Source: Squalus acanthias
Taxonomy: Eukaryota
DNA: 64,000 nucleotides
Direction: 5' to 3'
Assembly: GCA_030390025.1 (NCBI GenBank)
Contig: CM059431.1
Span: 129,768,001-129,832,000 of the forward strand
A program made the position numbers and the translations under genes. The notes beneath the pieces are model-generated. The model was not told where the DNA came from. It saw only the letters and a list, made by a program, of their open reading frames with translations, and ran no database searches. Below are positions 35,671-48,242 of the stretch, piece by piece. Every line of letters starts with the position of its first letter. Position 1 is the stretch's first letter.

Positions 35671-38600
35671 GGGCTAGAAGATCGCATTGCAGGATCAACC
35701 CGCGCCCATTCAAAGTAATGCAGGCAGCACACTAACTTCGTGCTGCCTGCTGATTAACTTGATTGTGGCATTCAGCCCAGCGATGCTGAGTGGCTGATCG
35801 CTCAGCAGGGGGCCAAGTTCGTGCAAGGCTAGCACCAATTAAAGCTAGCCTGCACTTCTTACAGGCAATCTGCACCGCTTAAAGGGGAGGTGCATTCTGC
35901 CTGCAGCAGGTCATTCATCTGGCTGGGGAACAGAGTCAGAGCAGCAAAAAAACCTGCTGATGTCACAACAGGAGAGAGAGTTTGCTCCAAGGTTCTCCGA
36001 TGTAGCCCTGGAGGCTTGGTGCAGGAGGTGAACACGAGGAGAGTCGTCCTGTTTCGACAGGGGGCCAGGAGGCCCTCCAGGCAAATTTGGATAAGGCAAT
36101 GGGAGCAGATAGCCGTCGCGATGAATGCCAGCAGTGTGGCCCCTAGGACCTGGACACAGTGCAGGAAGAAGTTTAATGACTTCACATGAGTGGTCAAGGT
36201 AAGTGAATTTATCTTCAAATGCCATCTCCCACCATCTGCACCACTAGCCTCACACACTGCTCAATGCACCGCACCCACATCACTCACCGACCAACAATCT
36301 CTACCAAACACGACTCATACACTTACAACTGCTGCAAGCTTCAAACCCACAACTCACAGCTTGCACACACTGTCAGCTATTCAACCATGACAGGCATATC
36401 ACACAAACAAATTGCATCACACTCACTGACACACTTCCCTTTCTCATGCAGGACAAAGTGGCTCACAACGGGCACCAGCAGAACCTAACTGGTGGGGGAC
36501 AGGTGTGCCTGCAACCCCTGACCCCGATGGAGTAGACGGTGCTGGCCATTATTGGGAGGGCCATCGCTGAGCCCATGACCAGCGGCCAGGCTGAAAAAAT
36601 ACAAAATGCCAGTATCCTCATATGTAATCCTCCATCTCACATCCCACTTCCCCCTAATCCCACAATCTCTTCTAATTTACAAGCTGCACATAATGTAAGC
36701 ATGCACCTCTTGCTTTTCCCCCACTCCCCTTACCATTGTGCCTTTCTCCTTTCAGATAGCCAAGAACTGCACCTGACCAGGCACTGGTGGAGGAGCACAA
36801 AATTGAAGAGCACCAAAATACTGATGATGAAGACACAGCACCGATTTCACACTCGCAGCCACCAGCTCAGATACTGACAATCCGTGTACTTTAGAGGATA
36901 GCTTAGATGTGAGATCCGCATGTTGTGAGACACTGGGCATGAGTGGCCTGCATCCCAGGCAGGGTGAAAGGGTAGTGCAGGTGCCAGCTCCACGGAGGGC
37001 AAGGTCGCATACAGGTTCTGCTACAGAGGACTCAGATGAGCACTTCGATGGGGCGGCCTACAGAAGAACGCTGATGGATATGCACAATGAAATGCTTGGT
37101 GCATTGGCAGGCCTGCCAGAAAGCCTGATCACAATGTCAAGGAGCATGGAGGAGTCCGACACCAACCTTGCACAGGGCTTTGCGCAGAGCTTGGAGCCCA
37201 TGATTTCTAGCATGGAAGTGATGGGCAACTCATTAGCACACTTGTGGACCCAAATATGATGGTCGACGTCTCAGCTTCCATTGCAGCACAAGCAGAAGTC
37301 ACCCAAAGTCTGAGTGCTGCAGTGGAAGCTCAGAATTCTGTCACGCAAGCTCAAACTGCTCTCATGCAGGCTCAGCTTGCTGCCACGCAAGCTCAGACTG
37401 CTGCCATTATGGCTGTGTTTACCAGTGTTGAAAGGGGCTTGCAGGGTGTCACAGCAGTCCAGCAATCTGTTCTCCAACAGATTACTAGGATTGCTGAGGC
37501 GTCGCCCCAAGGGAGTGGTAGTGGCTCCATGGAGCACAAACCTGCTGTCCTCTCTCAGGATGGAAACATTCGTCCTCCCACCACTGCCACTCTGCCAGTG
37601 CCTTTGCTGTTGCCTGTCAGCCAGCCAGCCCAGACTGAAGTCATCCTTGCCGAGGTGGTGCAGTCTAAAGCCGGACCTTCTAGGCCCAGAGCTGCTCAAG
37701 GTCGTCCTGCAAGGCCATCTGCAGTCTCCCCCACTGAAAGTCAGCAGCCTTCCACCAGCCATGCTGCAGCCATTGGCGTAGCACTTCGTAGGAGCATTAG
37801 GACAGGCAAAGGCAAATGGAAGACTGACACTAAGGGAACGCACAAGGGTGATTAGTTGACCTTATTATGTAATATTGGATGGATTGATGTATATAGTAGG
37901 TTTGGAATGTTTCTGTTGTGGTGGCTTTTATTTCAGCTGTTGTGGCCAAGAGGATGCTGTGAGCGTCAGCAACAGATGGAAGGTAAGGTGTGGGACTATT
38001 GTTGAATGGGGAATTGGGGTTACGTTCACTGGTACCACAGTTGGATGAGTCGATCTCGGACAGCTCGGGCAGAAAGGGGCTCTCTGGGTTGCCTCCTCCT
38101 CTTCTGCTTCCTCCTCCTCCTCGTCTTCCTCCTCTTCCTCAGCTGGCTGCCGCCTGGTGGCAAGGGCTGTGCCCTCATGATTGCGAGGTTGTGGAGCATG
38201 CAGCAGACCACGACGAATCCTGAGACGCACTCTGGTGAGTACTGCAGGGCTCCTCCAGAGCGGTCTAGGCAGTGGAAGCGTTGTTTAAGGATGCCAATGG
38301 TCCGCTCTATCAGATTCCATGTGGCAGCATGGCTTTCGTTATATGCATGCTGCCTACGTGTGCTTGGGTTGTGCAGCAGAGTCATGAGCCAGATGGTCAG
38401 CGGATAGCCCTTGTCGCCCAGTAACCATCCTCTGGTTTGTCATGATGGCTCAAAGACTGAGGCACCAGCAGGCTGGTGCAGAATAAAAGCATCACGACTG
38501 CTGCCAGGATACCGGGCATTCACCATCATGATGTGCTGAGCATGGTCGCACATTCAGCAAGCGGTAACCTTTGCGGTTGCGTTACATCTCAGCATTTAGA

Positions 38601-39710
38601 TGCGGTGCCCGCAAAGCTATGAGGGTGCAGTAGATGGCGCCCTGCACCATGGCTGTTATCCTGGCAAAACCACATGCACACTCCGTCTGCTTCTCTCTGG
38701 TCTGAGAGAAGACAATGAACTCTCCACTCCTGGCATAAAGAGTGTCTGTCACCTCTCTTATGCAGCAGTGGACAATGAACTGGGAGATGTTACAGATGTC
38801 GCCTGCTCCAGCCTGGAAGGATCCGACGAGAAGAAATTCAGGGCCACTGTCACCTTCACAGCCAGTGGCAGCGGTGTCCTTGCCCTGGACTGAGGCTGCA
38901 GGTCTGGTTGCAAGAGGTAGCAGATTTCAGTGATCACCTCCTCCGTAGGTGTGAAGGTTCAGGTGCGTGCTCTGGTGTTTGGCTCCAATTCCTGCTGCAA
39001 TAGGTGACATAGGTCAGTGACTGCCTGCCTGCTGAAGTGCAGCTCCTTTGTTACGTTCAGGTAAGACATCCTGTTGCAAACCACCCACATGCTTTACCCT
39101 TGCCTCCTTCCCCATCTTCTTTGAGCCTGGATAAGTCTATGCTGCCGTGCTTTCTACTGCTGCTGCCATTGCTATGTGGCAACCTCAATGGTAATCACAG
39201 CAACATTTCCACCTTTCCCAGTACTCCTGCGAGCAGTGAATTGACAGAGTACAGCTGCAGTGAAATCACATTCTCCAACAGCTATTTAGTATGAAAGACT
39301 TTCCAAACTCAGCCAAAGAATGGGTCCAAAAATCCACTGCAACCATAAACAACTATCCAGAGACTGACAGTAATGGAGGTGGAAATCCCTTTAAATACTG
39401 CTGCTTCAACCTGCTTTCTGAGTGTTTGCATGTTTTTTTGGGCGAACTTAAGAATTAACAAATCAAATGCACCCAGGCACCATATTCCCCAAACGGTCCT
39501 AATACAAGCATAGGACCTCTATTTAAATATTCTAATGAGCCCAGCATTCATTTCAGGCAGCCACCAGGGATGCCTACGGAGCACCTTAACCAATATGGCG
39601 GCTGTCGTATTTTGTGCAAGCTTTTGGCGCAGGACACCCCACCGTGAAATTGGTAAGTGTAACGCCGATTTTACGCAAGACTGGGTGAAACACAAACAAA
39701 TTTCTGCCCC
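35671..39710. mobile_element. Degenerate PIF/Harbinger transposon H4 (H2-like, opposite orientation)
   Basis: Termini gggctagaa / aaatttctgcccc; Myb gene + at 35960-37855 (WEQIA..RTWTQCRKKFNDF); transposase - at 38026-38945 (IERTIGILKQRFHCLDRSGG). Confidence 0.75.
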
Positions 39711-39780
39711 ATAGATCCATTAAGCAGGCCCGAGTGCAAAGAGATTACCCTCAATATGGCAAGTGAAGGTCTCTGAGGAG

Positions 39781-39920
39781 ACAGAAAATGCTGGAAATAC
39801 TCAGCAGATCAGGCAGCATCCGTGGAGAGAGAAACAGAGTTCACGTCTCAGGTCAAGATGCTGCCTGACCTGCCGAGTATTTCCAGCATTTTCTGCTTTT
39901 ATTTCAGATTTCCAGCATCC
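39781..39920. repeat. Inverted pair of Penelope-type terminal repeats (~39-bp stem)
   Basis: 39781-39820 is the reverse complement of 39857-39896; same family as 21020-21117. Confidence 0.75.
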
Positions 39921-39921
39921 G

Positions 39922-41426
39922 CTCGCAGACACAGAAGAGGAAGACGCAGAAGAGGAAAGAAGCAGAAGGAAGGAAACAACCCAGACAGCCCCTTTCTGGC
40001 TGGGATATCCGGGATGGAATCATCGGCCTGCTGTACCAGCAACCACAACCCCAATTCCCCTTTCAACATTTGCCCCACACCTTACCTTCCCTCTGTTACT
40101 GACCATCACAGCGTACTCTTGTCCACAATGGTGAAATAAAAGCCACCACAAAGCAAACTTCCAATCCAACTTTATACAACCATCCATCCAATATGACATC
40201 AAGAAATCAACTAATCACCCTTGTGCATTCCCTTAGTGACTGTCTTGTGTGTGCCTTTGCCTATCCTACTGATGTCACGCAGTGCTACCCCAGTGGCTGC
40301 AGCATGGCTGGTGGAAGGCTGCTGACTTTCAGGGTGGGAGACGGCAGATGGCCTTGCAGGATGACCTTGAGAGCTGGTGGCTTTGAGTGTCAAATCGAGT
40401 GACAGTGTTTCTTCTTCTTTTTCTTCTTCTTCACTCTACTTCCCTCTTCTTGGCCAACCACTGGCTGGGCAGGCTGGATTCCTTGAGTGTATGAAATGAG
40501 GAAGGCACAAGTGTAGAGATGTGGTGAGGGGAGGGCGGGAAAGCAAGAGGTGCATGCTTACACCATGCGCACCTTGTAAATCAGAAGATATTGTGGGATG
40601 AGGGAGAAGTTGGATGTGAGAAGGAGGATAACATATGAGCATACCAGCATCTTGTATCCTTTCAGCCCCGCTACTGGTCAGGAGCTCAGTAATGCCCCTG
40701 CTTAGGATTGCCAGCATCGTCTCCTCTAAGGGGGTGAGGTGAAGCTAGGAATGGGAGGTCTGCCTCGTGTTTGGTACAGATTGTTGGTAGGTGAGTGATG
40801 GGGGGGAGTCGTGCAATGAGCAGAGTGTGAGGCTAGTGGTGCAGTTGGTAGGAGACGGCTTTTGAAGATGTATTCACTGACCTTGATCACTGGTCTGAGG
40901 TCATGACGTTTCTTTGGGCACTGGAGCCAAGTCATGGGGGCAACACTGCTGGCAGTGACAGCCTCAGTGATCTGGTCCCACATTGTTCTTTCTGGAGGGT
41001 GTCCTGGCCCCCTGTAGGTAGAAGACCTCTCTTGCAATGTTGACCCCCTGCACAAAACTGGAAAGCTGATTATTTTTTATGTTTTTTTCCAGCAGGCAGT
41101 TGAATTTCAAGGGCTAAAAACTGCCTATTTTTAAATTATTTTTGTTTTTTACATTTTAGAAAGCAGTTCCCCTTTAAAGGACTGACACCTGCATTCTAAA
41201 ACGACAGCCTTGCTTTAAGACAACTCTGCTCTTGTTTCAGTGATGCTACCGCCACACTACATTGGACCTCCTGCTGAGTAGCAATGGAAAACCAGTCTTG
41301 CACGGTAGTTTAAATTAGCAGGCAACACCAAAATACTGGTGCTGCCTGCGCTATGATTTTGGGTGGCCGTTAACTTCGGCCCGTGGTAGCACCGGCAGGT
41401 TTCCGGCCTACTGCAATTTCTAGGCC
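39922..41426 (-). mobile_element. Deleted Harbinger H5 (transposase tail plus Myb gene pieces)
   Basis: Matches 11650-12060 and 23260-24060; ends aatttctaggcc. Confidence 0.75.
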
Positions 41427-42590
41427 AGAGTTAACTCTCAGTTGCTAAACTAAAGCTGCTGGATGCGGATCAGGCTCTAAGAAATCTATTGTCTGATAAT
41501 ACCTTCAAACAAATACTTCCAAGTCTTTGTGTTTCCAGCAACCACCAAAGTCAATTTTATGAGATTGTTGACCTAGTTATAGTTGTACCATATTATTATG
41601 CAATCCAATGTAAAAATAATTTGCATGCCGTGACATCCTTTACCTTAATCAACACAATAAAATGTCCAGTTTCGATATTTTTCAAACAACTACATCAGCT
41701 GCACTGAAAAAGAAAGTTCAAGAAACATGGGAATCCATTCCTTTATGCACAAGGACAACAAGTGTGCATTCACACTATAATGCTGCAGAGCCCAACCTGA
41801 CACTGGAAACAAGCTGAGTGAGACTCCCTAAAGGAGAAAATCTCACACCACATTTTTTCAGTTAATTCGTGCCTTAACATCCAATTTACACTCTCCAAGT
41901 TTATCAGTAGAGCAAAGCCAAAACAAATTTACACCAATGCTAACCTTGTCGTGTGAATGCACCCATAAAGAGCAGATTCAGGAGCTTATCAGAAGCCAAG
42001 TTGATGAAACTAGACACTGATCTGTATCGGAAGTTTTGCCCAAAATACTGAATGGTATATTTTCTATATTTAAAAAAAACACATTTTAATTCACTAAAAC
42101 TCCAATCTTGATTTTGTACTCTGTGACTTTTGAGGGATATACTTTTAATGAAGTTTTAGGGACAAATAATTTCTGTGGAAACTTTATACCACAGTACTTT
42201 TTTAAAACTCTTACCTTATACAGTGAGTCTACTTGTTGAGCTGACACCCTGTGCTCGTGTCCAGCCTGGCTTCAGGCCCAACAGCTGCCCATAACTTGTA
42301 AAGTATAAATGCCAGGGGATTTTCACAGTGGTTGTATTAGACTTTTTGTACATATTGCAATATTCACTACGTTTGTTTTAATGCTCTAATTTGTTGCGCT
42401 AGAACATAAGTCATTTCTGTTTTTATGTCCTATTAGCAAACTAGGCTAATGGCGGCATTCCAGTTTCGAGTCAATCTACGCATGCCAGAAAAATTAATGT
42501 AGAACTGTAAGAATCCTATCAGTGAATTAAGGGCATCCACTTTAGTGCTTGATTTGTATGTGTTTGAGAAGTGGTCGACAATAACATAAT

Positions 42591-43355
42591 GGCCCAGAAA
42601 TTAAACATGGATGGTTCCCGCGGGGGTAAGGATTCCCCGTGATATCGCACTCCGCGCCTACCTTTTTGCTCCGGGCCCTCATGAACTTTAGTTTCAAAGG
42701 CTCTCTCTGTTGGAACCGTGCAGTGCTTGCATGACCCAGAGGCGTAATTAGTTCGTGCGAGCTCTGGGATCACGTGATTCAGTTAGAGCCAATGGCAGCA
42801 CACCATCTTTCATTCATAGTTTTGACGGCAAGAGCTGTCAAAGCTATGAATACTACACACCCCCAAAAGAACAGCTAAACCTCAATTAAATTTTTTTTAA
42901 AAGCCATCACATTAATAAAATAAGTACAGTTAAATAAATTAACCACTTTAAACAAAAAATTAAATTTTTGAAAAAATGTAAAATCTTTTAAAAAAGTTAT
43001 AAAAATAAACTTACCTTTCTTTAAAGTCTCTAAAAAAGATAAACCTGTTGAAAAAAATTTAAAATAACACTTAATTAACTACTTACCTTGTTAAAAGGGG
43101 GTCCTACGCCTGCTTTCTTTGTGTGTAAAATCTTCACCACTTACCTGCGCGTTCAAAGCTGAAAAAAAAACTAAGTGCACTGCGTGCGCACAGCCTGTAG
43201 TGCGCACGTGGTTCACTTAGGAACCGCCCCCTTTTCAATTCACGAAGTGCCGGTTTCCCGCGCATGCGCAGTGCATGCAGGAAACTGCAATTCGGGATCT
43301 AATACGCGAGAGTACACAGTGCGTACTCTCGCGTATTAGGTTTAATTTTCGGGCC
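42591..43355. mobile_element. Non-autonomous Harbinger-type MITE, AT-rich-core family (copy 2)
   Basis: TIRs ggcccagaaattaaac / gtttaattttcgggcc; TSD AAT; colinear with 4003-4745. Confidence 0.88.
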
Positions 43356-43913
43356 AATACTTTAAACAGCTACAACACTTGCCATGGTCCTTTCATAATA
43401 TTGAATAACTTCAATCAAGTCATAGCTCTGTAACTACAGGTTCGCTGATTGGTATAAAACTAACTATCAAACTGAGGTGTGGCAGGTGGAATGGACCAGT
43501 AGATGCTCGGTTGCTGGACTGGGAGTTAAACCAGCTGAAGAGTTTATGTCCATACAAGATCTAACCTGACATGCCCCAAATTGTGGACGGGTGGGAGCAT
43601 GAGAACTGCGTCCTAGTTAAATGGGGGTTAAAATATTATAAAAGAACAAGAAAAAATGTTGGAAAGCTGAAATAAAAACAGAAAATGCTGGGAATACTCA
43701 GCATGTTCAAGTTTTTGAAAAGAGAAAACATAGGATATTGGGGTTGTAACCTTTATTAGAATTAAGAATTGAAAGATAAACAGGTGTTTTAGTAAGGGTG
43801 AAAAAATTAGGGAGAAAAGGAGGGAGAGAATCAACAGATACGCCAGCATAGAGAGCGAAAGTTGATTGAATGACCTGCAAACAGTTTAATAGAAAGCAGC
43901 TCACTGATATAAA

Positions 43914-45561
43914 GGCCTCGATTTTGACGGGGATGGGGGTGGGGCGGGGGCACGGGAAGGGTGTGGAGGAGCCCAGTAGCAGACGAGGTACCCGGCAAGG
44001 CCAGGGACATGGAGGCCCTGCCGATCTTAATGGTAAGGCTTCATTTAAATAAATCTATGCAGAGTCCCGCCCGACAACCAGTCAGATTGACTACTGTGAA
44101 GAGTCCCCGGCAGTTAGTGGATGGTGAAAAATCTTGGAAGAAACCCATGCAAACAAAAAGAGGGGAAGAAAAACAAGCTGAAAGGGCAGCAAATCTGAAA
44201 TTAAAAAAGAAAATGTAATAAAACACAGTTGGCCTGAAAAACTTAAGTCAACTCGGACCCCACCAGCACTGTGATCTGACAAAGGAGGTTTGATATTTCC
44301 CATCAATTAGCATGTTCTGGGCAAGGGGGAGGGGAATTTAGGGCAAAACTCATTACAGGCTGTACTACACCTTCCTCATCTGATTCGCAAAATTTTAATG
44401 GGGGGAGTAATTCTTCCTCCTACCCCCTCTCACATCATGATATCAGCTTTGGCAGTGGGACCAGTGGGATGCTAGGCTCCCCCAGATAGCTATGCTAGTC
44501 CCACACAGCAGGACGCAGACATACTTGCCGTACAGTGCCGTAAACAGGCTCATCATGCCGTACCCAAATAGCATTGAATCCAAGTACAAATGGGATCATT
44601 GGGCTACTTAGGACATAACTACCCATGCCCGCCCCCACCCCCGCCCCGACTCCCCCGCAATGGATCAATAAGGTTCTGCTCTGAAATTCTGCCAGTTTTG
44701 TGGAGCAGGCAACCCCAGTTGCACCAGTTATTCAAATGTCCCGTTCCTGGCATTTGAGATGGGGTCAAGCCAAAGGCAAATGGGCAGGCGAAAGAGCAGC
44801 AGAGCGAGGCTTCTGGAATTTCAATTACAGCTTCTTCACCCGAAACATCAGCCCCAATATTTATGGGGAGGCGGGAAGGGTTAGAAGGCCGGAAAAGGTC
44901 GAAGAACCTGGAAAGGCCGGGACGTGGAGGTCCTGCTGAACTTAGCGGCACTATCATTTTCTTGTTCCTTTTCCCACCCGGCAGCCAGCCAAATTGGCAA
45001 CATGGCCAGCGGCCGGAAGGGAAAACCATCAGCAGGAGGCTGCAGCCGGCGACCTTTGGGGATGGTCCCTTTCAATCAGGATGGGGGAAGGTCAGTGATC
45101 GTGGCTTGTGGGGGAGGAGATGATTAGCCATTGTGACAGGGAGGAAAGAGAGGCCGCGATCGGCAGGGTGGAGGTCGAAGGCTTCCTTGAGGGGCCTGGG
45201 GGGAGCACTCTTGCTCCTTCTGGCCTAAAAGGAGTGCTGGAAACGGCGCTTACCTGGTGGAGCCGACAGCTCCTGCTTCCCTTTCAGTGCCGGGTTTCCC
45301 GACCCCCGGGAAACCCGCGCTGCAGCATTGAATTTTAAATTGGGCTCCCAATTGTACTGTGAGAGCCTGATTTAAATATGTTAATGAAGTGTTCCACCTC
45401 TCCACGGCAGGACATGGGACACTCAGATGCCTCAATATCCACTGCCATAAAAAAGGCGGTGAGCGTGTGCGCGGCGTTTTGGGGAGACTTTCCCCATATT
45501 TAAATCTTTACCCCCTTCCCCGACCCTCTCCCGCCTGTCAAGGGGGATTAATATCGAGGCC
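43914..45561. mobile_element. Probable non-autonomous Harbinger-type element(s)
   Basis: Termini ggcctcgattt / aatatcgaggcc; GC-rich subterminal regions; no TSD match. Confidence 0.4.
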
Positions 45562-45619
45562 ATCACCTCACCTCCCATTACGCGAAGACCCACACCACAT
45601 CACAAGCATCCCTTGCTGT

Positions 45620-46260
45620 AAAGAAATTGGAGGATATAGCTAAGGTCTGAAGTTACTAAAGTCAATGTTCAGAAAAAATACCATTCCTGAAGCTTGCATT
45701 GAGTTTTGTTTGCACAGTGTGGGAGCCCAAAGACAGAGAGGTCAGAGTGGGAATGTGGGGGAGAGTTAATCTGGTGAGCCACAGGGAGATCAAAGTTATA
45801 TCTGCAGACAGAATGGAGATGTTCAGCAAAACAGTCACCTAATTTGCATTTGGCTTCCCCAGTATAGAGAAGACTATGTCATGAACAGAGAATACAGTGT
45901 ACTAAATTGGAGGAAGTATACATGAATTGCTGCCTCAAATATGAAGAGTGTTTGGAGCTCTGGACAGTGGTGTGGGAGGAGCCAAAGGACCAGTTACATG
46001 GAAAGGTGCCAGGGAAAGAGTAGCTGGAAATAGGGTGGTGGAAGAGTAAACAAGGATATCACAGAGGGATTGGTTTCTCTCGAAAATGTAGCTGGGAAGG
46101 GAGGGAAAAATGCGTTGGTTGATGGGATTGTGTTGTAGGTGAAGGAAATGGCAGAAGATAATGTGGTGGAGGCTTGTGGAGTGGAAGATGAGAGCCCGAA
46201 GCAGAACAAACACAGTTGTTAGTGTAATTGAAGAAGAGATCAAGGAGGGGCCTGAGTAAG
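45620..46260 (-). mobile_element. Decayed Penelope-like element, GIY-YIG endonuclease region
   Basis: Minus strand near 45800-45875 reads LLYTGEAKCKLGDCFAEHLHSV, resembling YIGET.R.L..RF.EH. Confidence 0.65.
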
Positions 46261-46269
46261 ATCGGAACA

Positions 46270-47200
46270 GAGTGTTGGATGCACTGACTGATCTGGAGGC
46301 CTCTCTTTTTAGGGGATGGATGCAGATATTCCTGGTGCCTCCATTCGCTCCAGGTAGTGCTGCACTATGTTGAATCCTTCTTGGATATAGGCACTAAGGA
46401 TAGATTAGACTCTGCTGTGACCCCTGCCATCTGTTTCAGATCCTCTGAGATGGTCCTCAATGTCTCCATGTGAGTGCGATGCTCATCCAGCATCCTTTTT
46501 AGAGCAAAGCCCCAGGGAACCTAGTCCATAGGCTCTGGACTCAAGGGTTGACTTAAGTGGAGCCTCTGCTCCCCACTGTCAGATCCCAATTCACCTCTTG
46601 CACCCTCATGTCTTATGTCTTAACCACTAAAAAACCCTCACGGAATTACCTACACCCCTGAGGATACTTCTTTGGGTTGGTGAGTAAGAAAAGATAAATG
46701 TTGACATGGGTGAATGTGTGACTGGCCAAAAGCAGAAAGCCACCCATCCTTTTCTTCTTCCTCCTCCTCAGTGGCATCTTGATTTGGATGGACTAGAGAA
46801 GAAGAATATGAAGAGATGTTATAACGTAATTCTCCTACCATAGTAGTTCCTCAGTATAATTTGAAGAAACTAGCATGTTTCTTGCTGGTTTGTTTGCACT
46901 CCAAACCATAATACAAGCAAGCTGTGGATGGTCCAGCCAAATCTGCAGCCGCCACTGGCCCTTCAACATCTCTTCCCCAACAGCTGCAGCGGCATGGCTT
47001 CCAAGGATCTCCAGGGCTTCTTTCTCATAAGTGGTCAGAGGTCTATTTGTTGGATGGACCACCAGCCATGGCCTGAGATTCCCAGCATGTATGGGCCACC
47101 TTTTATTGTGAGACATGCGTATTACAGTGAAGTCTGGACAGTGTTTTGTTACAACAGTTTAACACATCAGATTATTTGAGGGGCAAAAATCAAGAAAAGA
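46270..47200 (-). pseudogene. Highly degenerate Harbinger Myb-gene remnant
   Basis: SHNKR..PLTTYEKEALEILG resembles exon 2 of the other copies. Confidence 0.4.
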
Positions 47201-48242
47201 TATAGGTGTGGTGAGTTAGGGAGGCTTGGTCATGCATGGCACACTGTGAAGGAAGGTGCCTTTGTGGGTAGCATGAGGCACAGGATGAAAGAAGGGATCA
47301 GAGGTTAAAGATAACAGCGAATGCTGTTAGTTCGCCGTTATTACCGCAAATTCCGGCCCATTATGTCTTTGTTTATCCATGGTGTTTCATTATTGGTTAA
47401 TTTGTTCTTGTTTTTTAGTGTGATATATTTCTCTTGGACGTTAATGATCACTGTTTTAAATATTTCCCACTCTGTGTTTGCCTATATTATTACTTTGAGC
47501 CTCATATATTTTATTCTCCAGTGCCCTGATCATTTGAATCGCTCTTCTTCACACCTTTTCCAACACTATATGGTTTCCGTAGTGAGAGTTCTAGAACTGC
47601 AAACCATACTCCAGGTGTGGTATCCTTTGCCCTTTACTCTATTCTCCTAACATGCTAATATCCCATTTGCTTTCTTGACATTGGTTTGATGTCTTGCTGT
47701 ATCTATCTACTATCCCCGATCCAGTTGCTGATTTGTTTTTCTCGGTCTTTTCCAATTAATCCTACAAGCTCACTGTTTATTTCACATATCTAATTGCATA
47801 ACTTTACACTTATCTGCATTAATCTGTATATGTCAATTATTCTCTCACCTCCTTAAACAGTATGGGGCTGATTTTGCTGTCATCATCTCTCTTTGTGTGC
47901 TAGTTTATAGAGTGTAACAGCACAGAAAAAAGGGTGGAAACTTGTAATGCCAGCTCACCACCCCTTTTACATATGGATCTAAACAGCACCCATCTAAAAA
48001 AGTTGGGAGCTTGGAAGTGAAATGACAGTAATAAGGGAAGCAATAATGCATTCCATGATTTTCCTATGTTTAGCCGGGTCCATGTCACTTCTACTTCTTG
48101 CCCATATAAATGGGCATCCAGAGGTGCTGGGTTGTATATGAAGGCAAGTTTAAATGGACAATAAAAATATTTATTCAACAGATTTCAGGTAATTTTGGCC
48201 TGATTTCATTAATTTGTTTGCTGTTTGTTCTAATGAGCCTTT

